The position numbers and the translations under genes were made by a program. This document shows, piece by piece, positions 9,091 through 17,529 of a stretch of DNA of 64,000 nucleotides. The stretch is from positions 10,083-74,082 of IMG/VR virus record IMGVR_UViG_3300017791_000194; one strand, written 5' to 3'. The stretch comes from a virus. Lineage: Duplodnaviria > Caudoviricetes. The notes under the pieces are model-generated. The model was not told the DNA's origin and ran no database searches. It saw only the letters and a list, made by a program, of their open reading frames with translations. Numbering within the stretch: the stretch's first letter is position 1; the number at the start of each line of letters is the position of its first letter.

Positions 9091-9732
9091 ATGAGCACCA
9101 CCGACATCGAGAACGGCAGAGAGCTGACCGCCCTCGATCCCGTCAGCAACGACGGCGAACCAATCATCAAGTTTCAGGAGCCCTTCGTGGCGCGAGTCAC
9201 GATCCAGGGCGTGAGCGCGATCTTGTTTCACAGATGGAGCAACGAAGCGGTCGCTGCCAAGGCCGCCGCTGCGAAGAACAGCAAGGCGAAGAAGTCAGAC
9301 GACGTCGAGTCGTACTTGTATCGCGCCGACAACGGCAACATCGGCATCCCCGGTGAGTACCTGCGGCGCTCGATCATCACCGCTGCGAAGTTCAAGCAGG
9401 ACCCTCGCTCGCCACGGAAGTCGGCGATGGACCTGTACCAGGCGAGCATCATCAGCCTGACCGACCTTGCCGATACCGGCGCCAAGGAGCCCGACTACAT
9501 CGACCGCCGCCGGGTGACCGTGCAGCGATCTGGTGTGACGCGGGAGCGACCGGCGCTGCGGGCTGGCTGGACGGTCACGTTCGATCTGCTCTGCCAGTCT
9601 CCCGAGTACATCTCGCCTCAAGACCTTCTTGACACGATCACTCAGGCTGGCCGACTGGTCGGGATGGCTGACTTCCGCCCGAGCTTCGGCCGCTATCAGG
9701 TGACCCGGTTCGAGGTCACGCCCGCGGCATGA
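9091..9732 (+). CDS. vipr: stand-alone RAMP/Cas7-like protein (Vipr-like effector)
   Basis: N-terminal beta strand (RVTIQG), IPGEYLRRSI resembling the Cas7/Csm3 IPGSSLKG motif, C-terminal Gly loop GRLVGMADFRPSFGRY; adjacent GGY-NN array; no cas1/cas3/cas10 in window. Family name from recollection. Confidence 0.75.
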   Translation: MSTTDIENGRELTALDPVSNDGEPIIKFQEPFVARVTIQGVSAILFHRWSNEAVAAKAAAAKNSKAKKSDDVESYLYRADNGNIGIPGEYLRRSIITAAKFKQDPRSPRKSAMDLYQASIISLTDLADTGAKEPDYIDRRRVTVQRSGVTRERPALRAGWTVTFDLLCQSPEYISPQDLLDTITQAGRLVGMADFRPSFGRYQVTRFEVTPAA

Positions 9733-10028
9733 CCGAGAACCTGCGCCCACTGGCGGCGTGGGACTCCGACGATCCGGTCGTCAAAGGCGTGGCCTGGTGG
9801 TCACGCCTTGACGGTCGGTATCAAGTCGAGGTCCAGTACGCCGACAGCGACGGCTACAGAGGCACTCTTGTCGTCTTCGATCACAACGATGGCGACCGAG
9901 TGATCCACTCAGAAGAGACGCCGATCGCGTACGCGGCGCGCTTCGGGCCAGACATGCAAGACGTCGAGCGCTGGCAGACCCGCGTTCTCGAAGTCATCGA
10001 CCAGTACAACTCAGGAGCAGTTGTGTAA
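9729..10028 (+). CDS. hypothetical protein
   Basis: ATGA overlap with the RAMP gene. Confidence 0.65.
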   Translation: MTENLRPLAAWDSDDPVVKGVAWWSRLDGRYQVEVQYADSDGYRGTLVVFDHNDGDRVIHSEETPIAYAARFGPDMQDVERWQTRVLEVIDQYNSGAVV

Positions 10029-10408
10029 TGCACCGTAACGACAATGGCGAGAACCTCGTGGTCGTCAACAAGCGCGACCTGATCAAGGCACTTCAGGCGA
10101 ACCGCGAGAACCATCGCGCTGAGTTCGAGAAGGCCCTTGACGGCTTCGAGAAGACGGCCGTCGAGATCCTGAAGGCACGCCTCGCTGAGGCGAAGAAGGG
10201 CATCAAGCGGGCGATCAGCGTGAACCTGCCGATGCCTGAGGATCACACCCGTGACTACGATCGGCGTATCCGGATGTACGAGATGGACATCGAGGACAAC
10301 GTCGAGCTGACCGAGGCCGAGTTCGCGCAGTACGTCCAGGACGACTGGGGCTGGAAGCAACAGTGGACCACGAGCAACACCGCCTACATGGCGGCAAGTG
10401 CGAAGTGA
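10028..10408 (+). CDS. hypothetical phage protein
   Basis: TAATG coupling, ggag SD. Confidence 0.75.
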   Translation: MHRNDNGENLVVVNKRDLIKALQANRENHRAEFEKALDGFEKTAVEILKARLAEAKKGIKRAISVNLPMPEDHTRDYDRRIRMYEMDIEDNVELTEAEFAQYVQDDWGWKQQWTTSNTAYMAASAK

Positions 10409-10653
10409 GGAACCGCATCCTCGCCATCATCGCGATCAGCGTCGTGGGTGCGGCGCTGATCTTCTTCGGCTTCGGGCTGTACCTGTTGTCACAGCCGGAC
10501 ATCGTGACGATGGTCCCGTCGACACCGCCGCCGACAACCGACGTCGTCACGCATTCGCGTGACTTTGCGTTGGTCACCACGGTCATCGCTGGGGTTGCTG
10601 TCGGCCTGGCTGCATTGATCGCTGGGATGGCGGCGTCGGAGATGCGCGAGTGA
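10405..10653 (+). CDS. two-TM membrane protein
   Basis: GTGA overlaps; two hydrophobic segments. Confidence 0.65.
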   Translation: MRNRILAIIAISVVGAALIFFGFGLYLLSQPDIVTMVPSTPPPTTDVVTHSRDFALVTTVIAGVAVGLAALIAGMAASEMRE

Positions 10654-10910
10654 GCGACGAGCCGTACAACCCGGTCAAGGCCGTCGTGATCGACACGATC
10701 AAGGCGCACATCCCGAGTCTCTCTGACGAGGATGAGGAAGCAATCCACGAGAAGGTCGTCAACTACACCTTCTCGCGGCTCAAGGACGACGAGGATCTAG
10801 CTGACTTCGCGATCCGCACCTGTGCGTGCGGCGTGCGGGTTGATGGGTTCTATCAGTACGCAGATCATCTGATCAGCATCTTCGGTGGCGAAAGTCACTT
10901 CGGCGGCTGA
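10650..10910 (+). CDS. hypothetical protein with CxC; homolog of the array 2 target
   Basis: GTGA overlap; C-terminus ISIFGGESHF matched in frame by array 2. Confidence 0.75.
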   Translation: MSDEPYNPVKAVVIDTIKAHIPSLSDEDEEAIHEKVVNYTFSRLKDDEDLADFAIRTCACGVRVDGFYQYADHLISIFGGESHFGG

Positions 10911-10912
10911 TC

Positions 10913-10997
10913 ACCATGCCATGCCTCGCCATGCCGCACCAAGGCTGACCGAGCCTCAGCCCGCCCCGCCAAGCCACGCCGCGCCATGCCAAGGCTT
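10913..10997 (-). ncRNA. GGY-NN array 2 (17 units)
   Basis: Uninterrupted register; TAGTAT on - strand at 11001-11006; tgatcagc/gctgatca stem downstream. Confidence 0.8.
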
Positions 10998-11008
10998 CAC
11001 ATACTAAA

Positions 11009-11187
11009 GGCAAGCCAAGCGGAGGCTAGGTGCGGCGTGGCCAGGCTCGCATTGGCGAAGGCCGGGACCGGTACGGCAAGGCTCGGCGAGGCAAGCGATG
11101 CCGGGGCTGGGTTCGGCGGGGTTTGGTGCGGCCGGGCGTTGGCAAGCGGGGGCATTGGCGGGGGCTGGCCCAGGCAGGGCGAGGTTC
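11009..11187 (+). repeat. GGY-NN array 3 (degenerate, ~33 units, with indels)
   Basis: 5-nt periodic GGC/GGT with register slips; divergent from array 2. Confidence 0.7.
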
Positions 11188-11210
11188 ATCTACGCGTACA
11201 GGAGATCAAC

Positions 11211-11411
11211 ATGGCAACAAGGAACCCTCGGATGCTCAGCCCTGCGGCGCTTGCGAAGCAGCGGGCGTTCGGGACAGAGCGACACACCGTTGAGTCCATC
11301 AACTACATCACTGACGAGCTGACCTGCTCGTGCGGCAACTGGACGGGCCCTGCGCTCGATCTCGCTCCGTTCCGAGCACATCGTCGTCAGTTCTTCAAGT
11401 CAAGGCGATGA
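11211..11411 (+). CDS. small CxC protein (66 aa)
   Basis: aggag SD before ATG 11211; the upstream ORF extension is array translation. Confidence 0.65.
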   Translation: MATRNPRMLSPAALAKQRAFGTERHTVESINYITDELTCSCGNWTGPALDLAPFRAHRRQFFKSRR

Positions 11412-11413
11412 GC

Positions 11414-11615
11414 GGCGGGGTGCGGCAGGGCTTGCTACGCCGTGGCATTGGTGGGGCGGGGAAAGCGGAGGCTAGCCGCGGCTAGGTCTGCGATGGCGAG
11501 GTGGGGCTTGGCACGGCAAGGCGTGGCAAGGCAAGCGGTGGTCTGGTCTGGTCTGGCGGGGTCGGGCTCGGGCACGGCAAGCGAAGCCGAGGCTAGCCTT
11601 GGCATGGTAAGGTCA
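11414..11615 (+). repeat. GGY-NN array 4 (~40 units, partly degenerate)
   Basis: Starts 2 nt after a stop codon; gtcac-acacc-gtgac hairpin at the 3' end. Confidence 0.75.
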
Positions 11616-11621
11616 CACACC

Positions 11622-12089
11622 GTGACGACCTACCGCGAGCTTGGTGAACGTCTTGGGGTCGACGTCTGCACCGGCTGCGATCTCGACACGAGCGGCAAGC
11701 ACGGTCTGAACCATGAGGCTGGGCGCTGGGGCGCCGACGGCCGGTTCCACTATTTCGAGCGGGCCATGCGCCGGTCGAGCATCCGCAACTTCGTGTGGCG
11801 GATCTCGGGATACTGGCCGCCGCGTGAACATGGTCACGGCCCACGGCAAGCGTGGGAACTCTACTGGGAACGTATCCAGTGGGCCAAGGGAGCGCTTCGC
11901 GCGCTCCGCGTACGACTACCTTCTCCCGCGTGGGACACGCAACGAGCGACGCTTCGGGCGCTGCTCGCCGTGCCCGCGCGGGATTTTTTTGATGAGGTTT
12001 TCACGGAGCACCGAGCGGTCACTCGTAAGGCGGCCTGGCGCTGGGCGAAGAAGCCCATTGATCACGCTGATCCTTCGTACGATGATTGA
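11622..12089 (+). CDS. hypothetical protein
   Basis: GTG 11622 (or ATG 11604); the ORF-track N-terminus is array translation. Confidence 0.6.
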   Translation: MTTYRELGERLGVDVCTGCDLDTSGKHGLNHEAGRWGADGRFHYFERAMRRSSIRNFVWRISGYWPPREHGHGPRQAWELYWERIQWAKGALRALRVRLPSPAWDTQRATLRALLAVPARDFFDEVFTEHRAVTRKAAWRWAKKPIDHADPSYDD

Positions 12090-12092
12090 CCA

Positions 12093-12338
12093 ATGCCAGC
12101 ACCGCGCGTCGACCCACTCTCACAACGGCTTCTGGTTCAGGTTCTGCGGCGTGCCCTGGACCTCCATCTCCACCAGCCTCACGACCGGACTGCCGAACGG
12201 CGGGTCCGCGCGATCGTCCTGCGCAATCCGAAGTCTGCCCTCAGCTCTCACGTACGACACAACCTGGGCAGGCAGCGGCGTGAGGCGCTCGATGCCATCT
12301 TGGCCCGAGCCGACGCTCGTTCGTTGACCGATGGTTGA
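12093..12338 (+). CDS. hypothetical basic protein
   Basis: ATG 3 nt after the previous stop. Confidence 0.5.
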   Translation: MPAPRVDPLSQRLLVQVLRRALDLHLHQPHDRTAERRVRAIVLRNPKSALSSHVRHNLGRQRREALDAILARADARSLTDG

Positions 12339-12492
12339 GAAGCTCAAGCTCCACGAGTTCAAGCCCCAGCGGGCCAATCGCTTCGCCTGCGAAGAGTGCC
12401 CGTATTTGGCGAACAATCCCGTACACGTTCGCGGGTTCAAGGCTGACGCAACCTACATCAAGGGGGTGGCTCGCCCGAACAAGACGGGCTAG
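12331..12492 (+). CDS. small CxxC protein (53 aa, below the ORF-track cut-off)
   Basis: MVEKLKLHEFKPQRANRFACEECPY...; overlaps the previous stop and ends just before array 5. Confidence 0.55.
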   Translation: MVEKLKLHEFKPQRANRFACEECPYLANNPVHVRGFKADATYIKGVARPNKTG

Positions 12493-12499
12493 CCTCAAC

Positions 12500-12627
12500 G
12501 CCTTGGCATGGCTGGGCCGGGTATGGCTGGGCATGGCGGGGCATGGCGGGGTTTGGCTTGGTGAGCCAGGGCTAGGCGCGGCGTGGCTAGGCGTGGCAAG
12601 GCATGGTCGTGACAGTCAGCTGTCACG
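12500..12627 (+). ncRNA. GGY-NN array 5 (22 units) plus 3' hairpin
   Basis: Perfect register 12500-12609; cgtgacag-tcag-ctgtcacg at 12608-12627. Confidence 0.8.
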
Positions 12628-12648
12628 GGGAGACCTGATGATGCTGGC

Positions 12649-13422
12649 ATGAATCCCCTGGTGCTGAGCGGCAGCTCTCTGAACACCTGGTTCGAGTGCC
12701 CGCGCGAGTGGATGTACCAGTACCTCTGGCGCAAGGAGATGCCCCTCAGCTACAAGATGGCACTGGGGGTAGCGGCGCACGAGGCGGTCGAGGCGGCCTT
12801 CCGGTACCAGAAGGCGACCGCCATGCTGGCGCCGCTACAGATCTACGAAGAGGCGTTCAACCATTTCTGGGCTGAGACCACCAAGAACAGCCGCCCGAAG
12901 AATAACCAGCCTGCCGAGAGCGCCGAGACATACCGTCGCTCGGGGCTCCAGGCGGTCGGCTTCTACGCCCGGCAGGTCGCGCCGACCATCGACGTAGTCG
13001 CTTTCGAGGAGCCGATGGCGGCCACGATCAACGGCCACACCTGGACCGGCACCCTCGACCTGATCGATCGGATGCCCGACGGTGGCCTGCGGCTCCGGGA
13101 CCACAAGTTCACCTCGAAGAAGCCCAACCCAGACCAATACAAGCGCCCGATGATCGGCTACTACCTGATGGCCCGACAGCGGTACGGCGACATCGCGGCG
13201 GTCCAGCTGGACTACATCATCCGGGGCAACCGGGACCGCCCGCCGCAGTTCGTACCAGTCTTGCTTGACATCACCGAGGAGGACATACTGGACTTCGCGA
13301 CCGACGTTGAGGAAGCGGTCGCGAGCATCAACGTCGGTCGCTTTCCGCCACTGGGCAACCAAACGCTCGCCTGTCGCTGGTGCCCGTACCGGAAGATCTG
13401 CCCTGACGCCAGATTGCGCTAG
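12649..13422 (+). CDS. PD-(D/E)XK RecB/Cas4-like exonuclease
   Basis: ECPR, GTLDLID, DHK motifs and C-terminal CRWCPYRKIC cluster. Confidence 0.85.
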   Translation: MNPLVLSGSSLNTWFECPREWMYQYLWRKEMPLSYKMALGVAAHEAVEAAFRYQKATAMLAPLQIYEEAFNHFWAETTKNSRPKNNQPAESAETYRRSGLQAVGFYARQVAPTIDVVAFEEPMAATINGHTWTGTLDLIDRMPDGGLRLRDHKFTSKKPNPDQYKRPMIGYYLMARQRYGDIAAVQLDYIIRGNRDRPPQFVPVLLDITEEDILDFATDVEEAVASINVGRFPPLGNQTLACRWCPYRKICPDARLR

Positions 13423-13437
13423 CAAGGAGGTTCGCTG

Positions 13438-14376
13438 ATGGCCACGGCAACGAAGACCCGGGTCAATCCCCTGCCTGATACCCCCCCGCCGCCGGAGAAC
13501 CCACCGCGACCGGAGATGACTCCCGAAGAGGGGCGTGCGGTGTTCGAGGAGGCGAAGCGGATCTTCGAGCCCGAGTCGGTCGATGGCATCTACACCGATG
13601 CCAAGGGCGAGCCGCTCTCGCTCGTCAGCCGGATCGCGAAGATCACCGCCAGCCTGCCCGAGGTCAAGCCGGAGGGCGAGAACCAGCACTTCAAGTACAA
13701 GTTCGTCACCGACAAGCAAGTCCTGGGGCTGATCCGGCCAAAGCTGGCCAAGCAGCACATCATCATCGTGCCGGACACCGTCACCGAGCAGGAGCCGATC
13801 AACCAGGAGACGCAGCGCGGCGGACGCTCGATGCTCACTCGTCTGCACGTTGTCTTCCGGGTCATTGATGGCCTGAGCGGCGATACGTTCACGGGTGAGG
13901 CCGTGGGCTACGGCGACGACTCCGGCGACAAGGGCGCCAACAAGGCGTACACCGCGGCGCTCAAGAACTTCCTGATCAAGCTGTTCATGCTCGGCGGTGC
14001 CGATCGCGACATTGAGGACGACCCCGAAACGGACAAGCGCGCCTCTGCCCGCGAGCGCGCCGTGGCGCCAGTCCAGGCGGTTGAGGTCAAGGAGACGATC
14101 GTTGAGAGCGTCGCCCGGGGCGGCCGCTCCAGCACTGCCACGCTGGCCCAGGTCCAGGCCGTCAGTCGGCTGGTGGCGTCGCTGGGCCTCACGCCACAAC
14201 GGCTGGCTGGAGCCATCGAGATCATCCTCGGCAAGCCCGACCTGGAGTTTCGCAACTTTGGCGACGCCAAGCTGTTCCTCGAAGCTCTGTCGGGCGAGGA
14301 GATCGGTCAGGTCATCGAGTCGCTGAGCAACGACGAGGAGGCTCAGGTCGGCGAGGAGGCCGGGCCGGATGCCTGA
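13438..14376 (+). CDS. ERF-family ssDNA annealing protein
   Basis: GYGDDSGDKGANKAYTAALKNFL ERF-type motif; follows the exonuclease. Confidence 0.8.
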   Translation: MATATKTRVNPLPDTPPPPENPPRPEMTPEEGRAVFEEAKRIFEPESVDGIYTDAKGEPLSLVSRIAKITASLPEVKPEGENQHFKYKFVTDKQVLGLIRPKLAKQHIIIVPDTVTEQEPINQETQRGGRSMLTRLHVVFRVIDGLSGDTFTGEAVGYGDDSGDKGANKAYTAALKNFLIKLFMLGGADRDIEDDPETDKRASARERAVAPVQAVEVKETIVESVARGGRSSTATLAQVQAVSRLVASLGLTPQRLAGAIEIILGKPDLEFRNFGDAKLFLEALSGEEIGQVIESLSNDEEAQVGEEAGPDA

Positions 14377-14608
14377 GCCTGAGTACACCAACGGCCGCAT
14401 CCGGGTTCGCCCGGAACAGATCGACTACCTCGACAACCTGCTCCATCTGACCTGGCTCGACGTCTCGCGCCAGCGGGCGCAGGTCAAGCAGGTACTGGCA
14501 TCGATCAGCGAGCCAGCCATCGTGACCGAGATGAATCGCGAGCTGCGGCTGATCAAGAGCATCCAGGAAGAAGTTCGGCGGACCAAGGAGGATATGGGCC
14601 GTGCCTGA
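14369..14608 (+). CDS. hypothetical protein
   Basis: Overlapping operon ORF. Confidence 0.6.
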   Translation: MPEPEYTNGRIRVRPEQIDYLDNLLHLTWLDVSRQRAQVKQVLASISEPAIVTEMNRELRLIKSIQEEVRRTKEDMGRA

Positions 14609-15008
14609 ACGGCAGTTCCCGATCGAGCGAACACCAGATGGTGGCTACAGGCTGCGTGAGCTGACCTGCTGGGACTGTGGCGGCACCTACACCCTGCCCT
14701 ACGGCGACCATGCCTCGTCGGCAGCGCACCGGGCCTGGCTCGCCGAGAAGCGCGCCAAGACCGAGATCACCGCGTTCGACAATATCCCCGACGAACCCAC
14801 AGTACCTGTGGAGAACCCTCAGAAACTCGTCTTCGGCGACGTCAAGGTGTGCCCCCGTTGTCGCGGCACGCTACGCCCGGAACGGCGCGACCGCAAGGGC
14901 GTGCTGCTGCCCGCCGATACGTTCACCCACGACCCCCTCGACCGGGAGGGGCGCTGCTCGAAGTGTCAGGGCACGGGCATCGTGGCCCTTGAAGGCCGGA
15001 GTGGATGA
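14601..15008 (+). CDS. zinc-ribbon protein
   Basis: CWDC, CPRC, CSKC motifs. Confidence 0.65.
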   Translation: MPERQFPIERTPDGGYRLRELTCWDCGGTYTLPYGDHASSAAHRAWLAEKRAKTEITAFDNIPDEPTVPVENPQKLVFGDVKVCPRCRGTLRPERRDRKGVLLPADTFTHDPLDREGRCSKCQGTGIVALEGRSG

Positions 15009-15252
15009 TCTGGTCGTCGGGCTCCAGAAGGCTCGGCTACTGGTCTTCCTGCGCCGGTTCGCGTCCTTCTCCAACGATGACCGCGACGCCCTGCTGCTGA
15101 TCGGCCTGGCCGTGGGCCTGCGTCTGGCCGCAAAACATCCCGAAGCCGCGGCGAACATCCTCGTTGACCTCGGCCCGCCGATCATGGATCAGTCGCTCGA
15201 CTGGGTCGTGCGGGGCAGTGATGAGATCGATCCGGAGCTGCCTGTCAACTAG
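15001..15252 (+). CDS. hypothetical protein
   Basis: GTG 15001 overlaps the previous ORF end. Confidence 0.55.
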   Translation: MDDLVVGLQKARLLVFLRRFASFSNDDRDALLLIGLAVGLRLAAKHPEAAANILVDLGPPIMDQSLDWVVRGSDEIDPELPVN

Positions 15253-15380
15253 CCTTGCAGCGGCATTGCAGGAGGAGTACCTTCGACAGCCTTGGTACGT
15301 CGCCCGCAGACGGGCATAGAAAAGGGCCCCGACGAGTCTGACAGCGCCGGGGCCCCAACACAGGAAGGAACGAGCTTCCC

Positions 15381-15839
15381 ATGTCCCACAGGGACTATAC
15401 CGCTCCCCTGGGCCGCTTGACAACACCAGTCGACTGGCAGCGCCGCCTCGCAGGGACGAACCCACAACCCATTGTCGTGAAGGGCATGCACCGCGTCTTC
15501 TGGGTGCCCGCGAAGTACGTCAGCGTCGCCGCCGTGTTGTTCGATGGCCGCAAGCACACCAATCGCGAGATCGCGGCCCGCACTGGCTACAGCGTGAAGG
15601 GTGCCTGGGCTGCCATCCGGGCGCTGGAGAGGATGGCCATCCTTGCAGTCGTGACGACCGTCAAGGGCTGTAAGGGCTGGACGCGCGCCAGGGTCGCCGC
15701 CGACGCTCAGGTCCAGAATGTTTCCACCACAGTAGAGACGTTCCTCAAAGAGACCCGTACTGTGGTGGAAACATTCATCTGGGGGGCGCCTCCCGGGGCC
15801 CGAACTGGCCTCGGGGCTGCCGCCCTTCCAGCCAGGTGA
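15381..15839 (+). CDS. HTH protein, probable replication initiator
   Basis: HTNREIAARTGYSVKGAWAAIRALE HTH; aggaagga SD; internal palindrome. Confidence 0.6.
   Translation: MSHRDYTAPLGRLTTPVDWQRRLAGTNPQPIVVKGMHRVFWVPAKYVSVAAVLFDGRKHTNREIAARTGYSVKGAWAAIRALERMAILAVVTTVKGCKGWTRARVAADAQVQNVSTTVETFLKETRTVVETFIWGAPPGARTGLGAAALPAR
15717..15775. repeat. perfect 18-bp inverted repeat, candidate origin
   Basis: aatgtttccaccacagta ... tactgtggtggaaacatt with a 23-nt spacer. Confidence 0.6.
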
Positions 15840-16000
15840 ACCCCGAGAAGCGCCGATTGCAACGCAAGGCCAAGGCCAAGGCCTCCAGGCATCGCCCTCG
15901 ACCTGTCGATCGCGACCTCAACCTGGAGCTGACCCCGAAGGGAGCAGCGATCCTGGCCTACGATCGAGCCATTGGTGGCATGGACGAGGAGGCGGAGTGA
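15836..16000 (+). CDS. small basic protein (54 aa)
   Basis: GTGA overlaps at both ends. Confidence 0.5.
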   Translation: MNPEKRRLQRKAKAKASRHRPRPVDRDLNLELTPKGAAILAYDRAIGGMDEEAE

Positions 16001-16536
16001 AGCCCACCGGACCGCGCTGCATCTTCCACACAACCTTCCTCCGTCGGGAGGTGGACCCGCGCGTGGCGGCGCTGTGGCCCTCGAAGCCAGTCCCGTTTGG
16101 CGATCTGCGCCGGACCTGGCGACTCAGGCACTGCGCCACGGTGAATCCATACTGGGACTCCGAGATGTGCCCGTATCCAGCCAGCAACTGCGCCCTGGCC
16201 TTCCTCGCGGCCGTCCAGACCGCTACATTCACTGGCGTTCGTAATCCGATGGGGCTCTTCCGGACCCTGGCTCGGAGCGATGGGCTCCGGCGGCTCGAAG
16301 ACAAGCCGCTGGCGAGGGACCAGGCTCGTGGCCAGGAAGGACCCAGTCTCACCGGAGCTGCGCCAGCTGGTGCTGAATCGGGACTACGCGGCGATGCGGG
16401 CAGCGGGCCTGCACGCGAAGGGACAGACGTGCGTGGCGCCCCTCGTCGACCCGTCACAGTGGGGACTGTGCTGGGGTCGCTCAACCTTGGACCACATCAA
16501 GGACCAGGCCCGGATGGGCCTGCGAGCGCCGAGTGA
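15997..16536 (+). CDS. hypothetical protein (possibly replication-associated)
   Basis: GTGA start after gaggagg; C-terminal ~200 nt overlap the HNH gene. Confidence 0.45.
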   Translation: MKPTGPRCIFHTTFLRREVDPRVAALWPSKPVPFGDLRRTWRLRHCATVNPYWDSEMCPYPASNCALAFLAAVQTATFTGVRNPMGLFRTLARSDGLRRLEDKPLARDQARGQEGPSLTGAAPAGAESGLRGDAGSGPAREGTDVRGAPRRPVTVGTVLGSLNLGPHQGPGPDGPASAE

Positions 16537-16675
16537 CGAGACCCACCTGGTCGCGCTCTGTGAGGGCCACACCGAGGCCGGAGCGCGTGCTGGCTATCAG
16601 TGGAACACAGCGCATCGACCCGAACTCCGTGTCTACCTGGCTCTCGCAGTGGTGGAAGACACCGAGGATGAATGA
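16328..16675 (+). CDS. HNH endonuclease
   Basis: LRQLVLNRD..C..C.GRSTLDH...LVALCEGH pattern; start uncertain. Confidence 0.65.
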   Translation: MARKDPVSPELRQLVLNRDYAAMRAAGLHAKGQTCVAPLVDPSQWGLCWGRSTLDHIKDQARMGLRAPSDETHLVALCEGHTEAGARAGYQWNTAHRPELRVYLALAVVEDTEDE

Positions 16676-16838
16676 CCCAGAGTTCGCCATCTGGCGCTTC
16701 TGGGCCTGGTTCAAGCACCTGTTCTGGGTCCACACCTGGGTACCCCGCGAAGATTGGAAGATGACCGAGAACGGCGCCGAGATCACGATCATCGGCTACA
16801 TCTGCTGGCTTTGCCCGGCCAAGCGAGATCTTGACTGA
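16668..16838 (+). CDS. small Trp-rich protein
   Basis: gagg SD, ATG 16668, TGATG coupling to next ORF. Confidence 0.55.
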   Translation: MNDPEFAIWRFWAWFKHLFWVHTWVPREDWKMTENGAEITIIGYICWLCPAKRDLD

Positions 16839-17086
16839 TGGGTTACGTCCCGCCGCTTCCGCCGCCCGATCCCGCGTTGATCAGTACCGAGTACGGCCGC
16901 CCGCGCGACCTGTTCCGCCCGAACCTCGACCGGTTCGGGATGCCCCGTGATTTCGCGACATACATGTGGGCGACCTACGGGCCTGGCCGCGACCTCGACC
17001 CCGAGCGGCGCCGATTCCTCTACCCACCGCGCGAAGACCCAGTGTTCGAGCACCACGCCTTCGGCCAGCAGATCTGCATGCGCTGA
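16838..17086 (+). CDS. hypothetical Pro-rich protein
   Basis: TGATG coupling on both sides. Confidence 0.55.
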   Translation: MGYVPPLPPPDPALISTEYGRPRDLFRPNLDRFGMPRDFATYMWATYGPGRDLDPERRRFLYPPREDPVFEHHAFGQQICMR

Positions 17087-17526
17087 TGACCCAGACCGCT
17101 GTACAGCGCCGGTTCGTCCGACTTGCGGGCAGTATGAACGCCCGGGCTGCGAGGCTGGGACGCAACGGCCGGGTCGTCTCGGGTGACCTGCTCAAGGTGT
17201 TCCTGCACACCGCCTACCAATGCCCCTACTGCGGCATTGGGATCACGCCCCTCGATTGCTCGTTTGATCACGTCGTCCCGTTCGATGCTGGCGGCGAAAA
17301 CGAGAAGGGCAACCTCGTTGCTTGTTGCCTCAGCTGCCAGCGCCAGAAGGCTCGTCGCTTGGCCCACGAGTTCGCCCTCGCGCGCGCGTACACGGCTTCC
17401 TGTGAGGTCTGCGGCCGGAACTTCAAACCCCGCTGGGCCGACGTCCGCAGAGGCTACGGCACGACCTGCTCTGCGCAATGTGCGGGCAAGAAGGGTCGTG
17501 CGATACGATCAGCGAGCGCGGCGTGA
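17086..17526 (+). CDS. HNH endonuclease with extra C-terminal Zn motifs
   Basis: CPYC...DHVVP...GGEN...NLVACCLSC. Confidence 0.85.
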   Translation: MTQTAVQRRFVRLAGSMNARAARLGRNGRVVSGDLLKVFLHTAYQCPYCGIGITPLDCSFDHVVPFDAGGENEKGNLVACCLSCQRQKARRLAHEFALARAYTASCEVCGRNFKPRWADVRRGYGTTCSAQCAGKKGRAIRSASAA

Positions 17527-17529
17527 CAA

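Noticed and set aside
10986-11411. ORF-track peptides rich in ARQG/AWLG/PRHA here and at 11442, 12335, 17581, 17926, 18975, 19879, 21459, 56857 and 61045
   Set aside because: They are translations of the 5-nt arrays, which lack stops in most frames; the real genes start after the arrays
12649-13422. Cas4 as an adaptation gene
   Set aside because: It is paired with an ERF annealase in a typical phage recombination module; no cas1 or cas2
15866-15886. aaggcc repeats as a further array
   Set aside because: 6-nt period encoding KAKAKA
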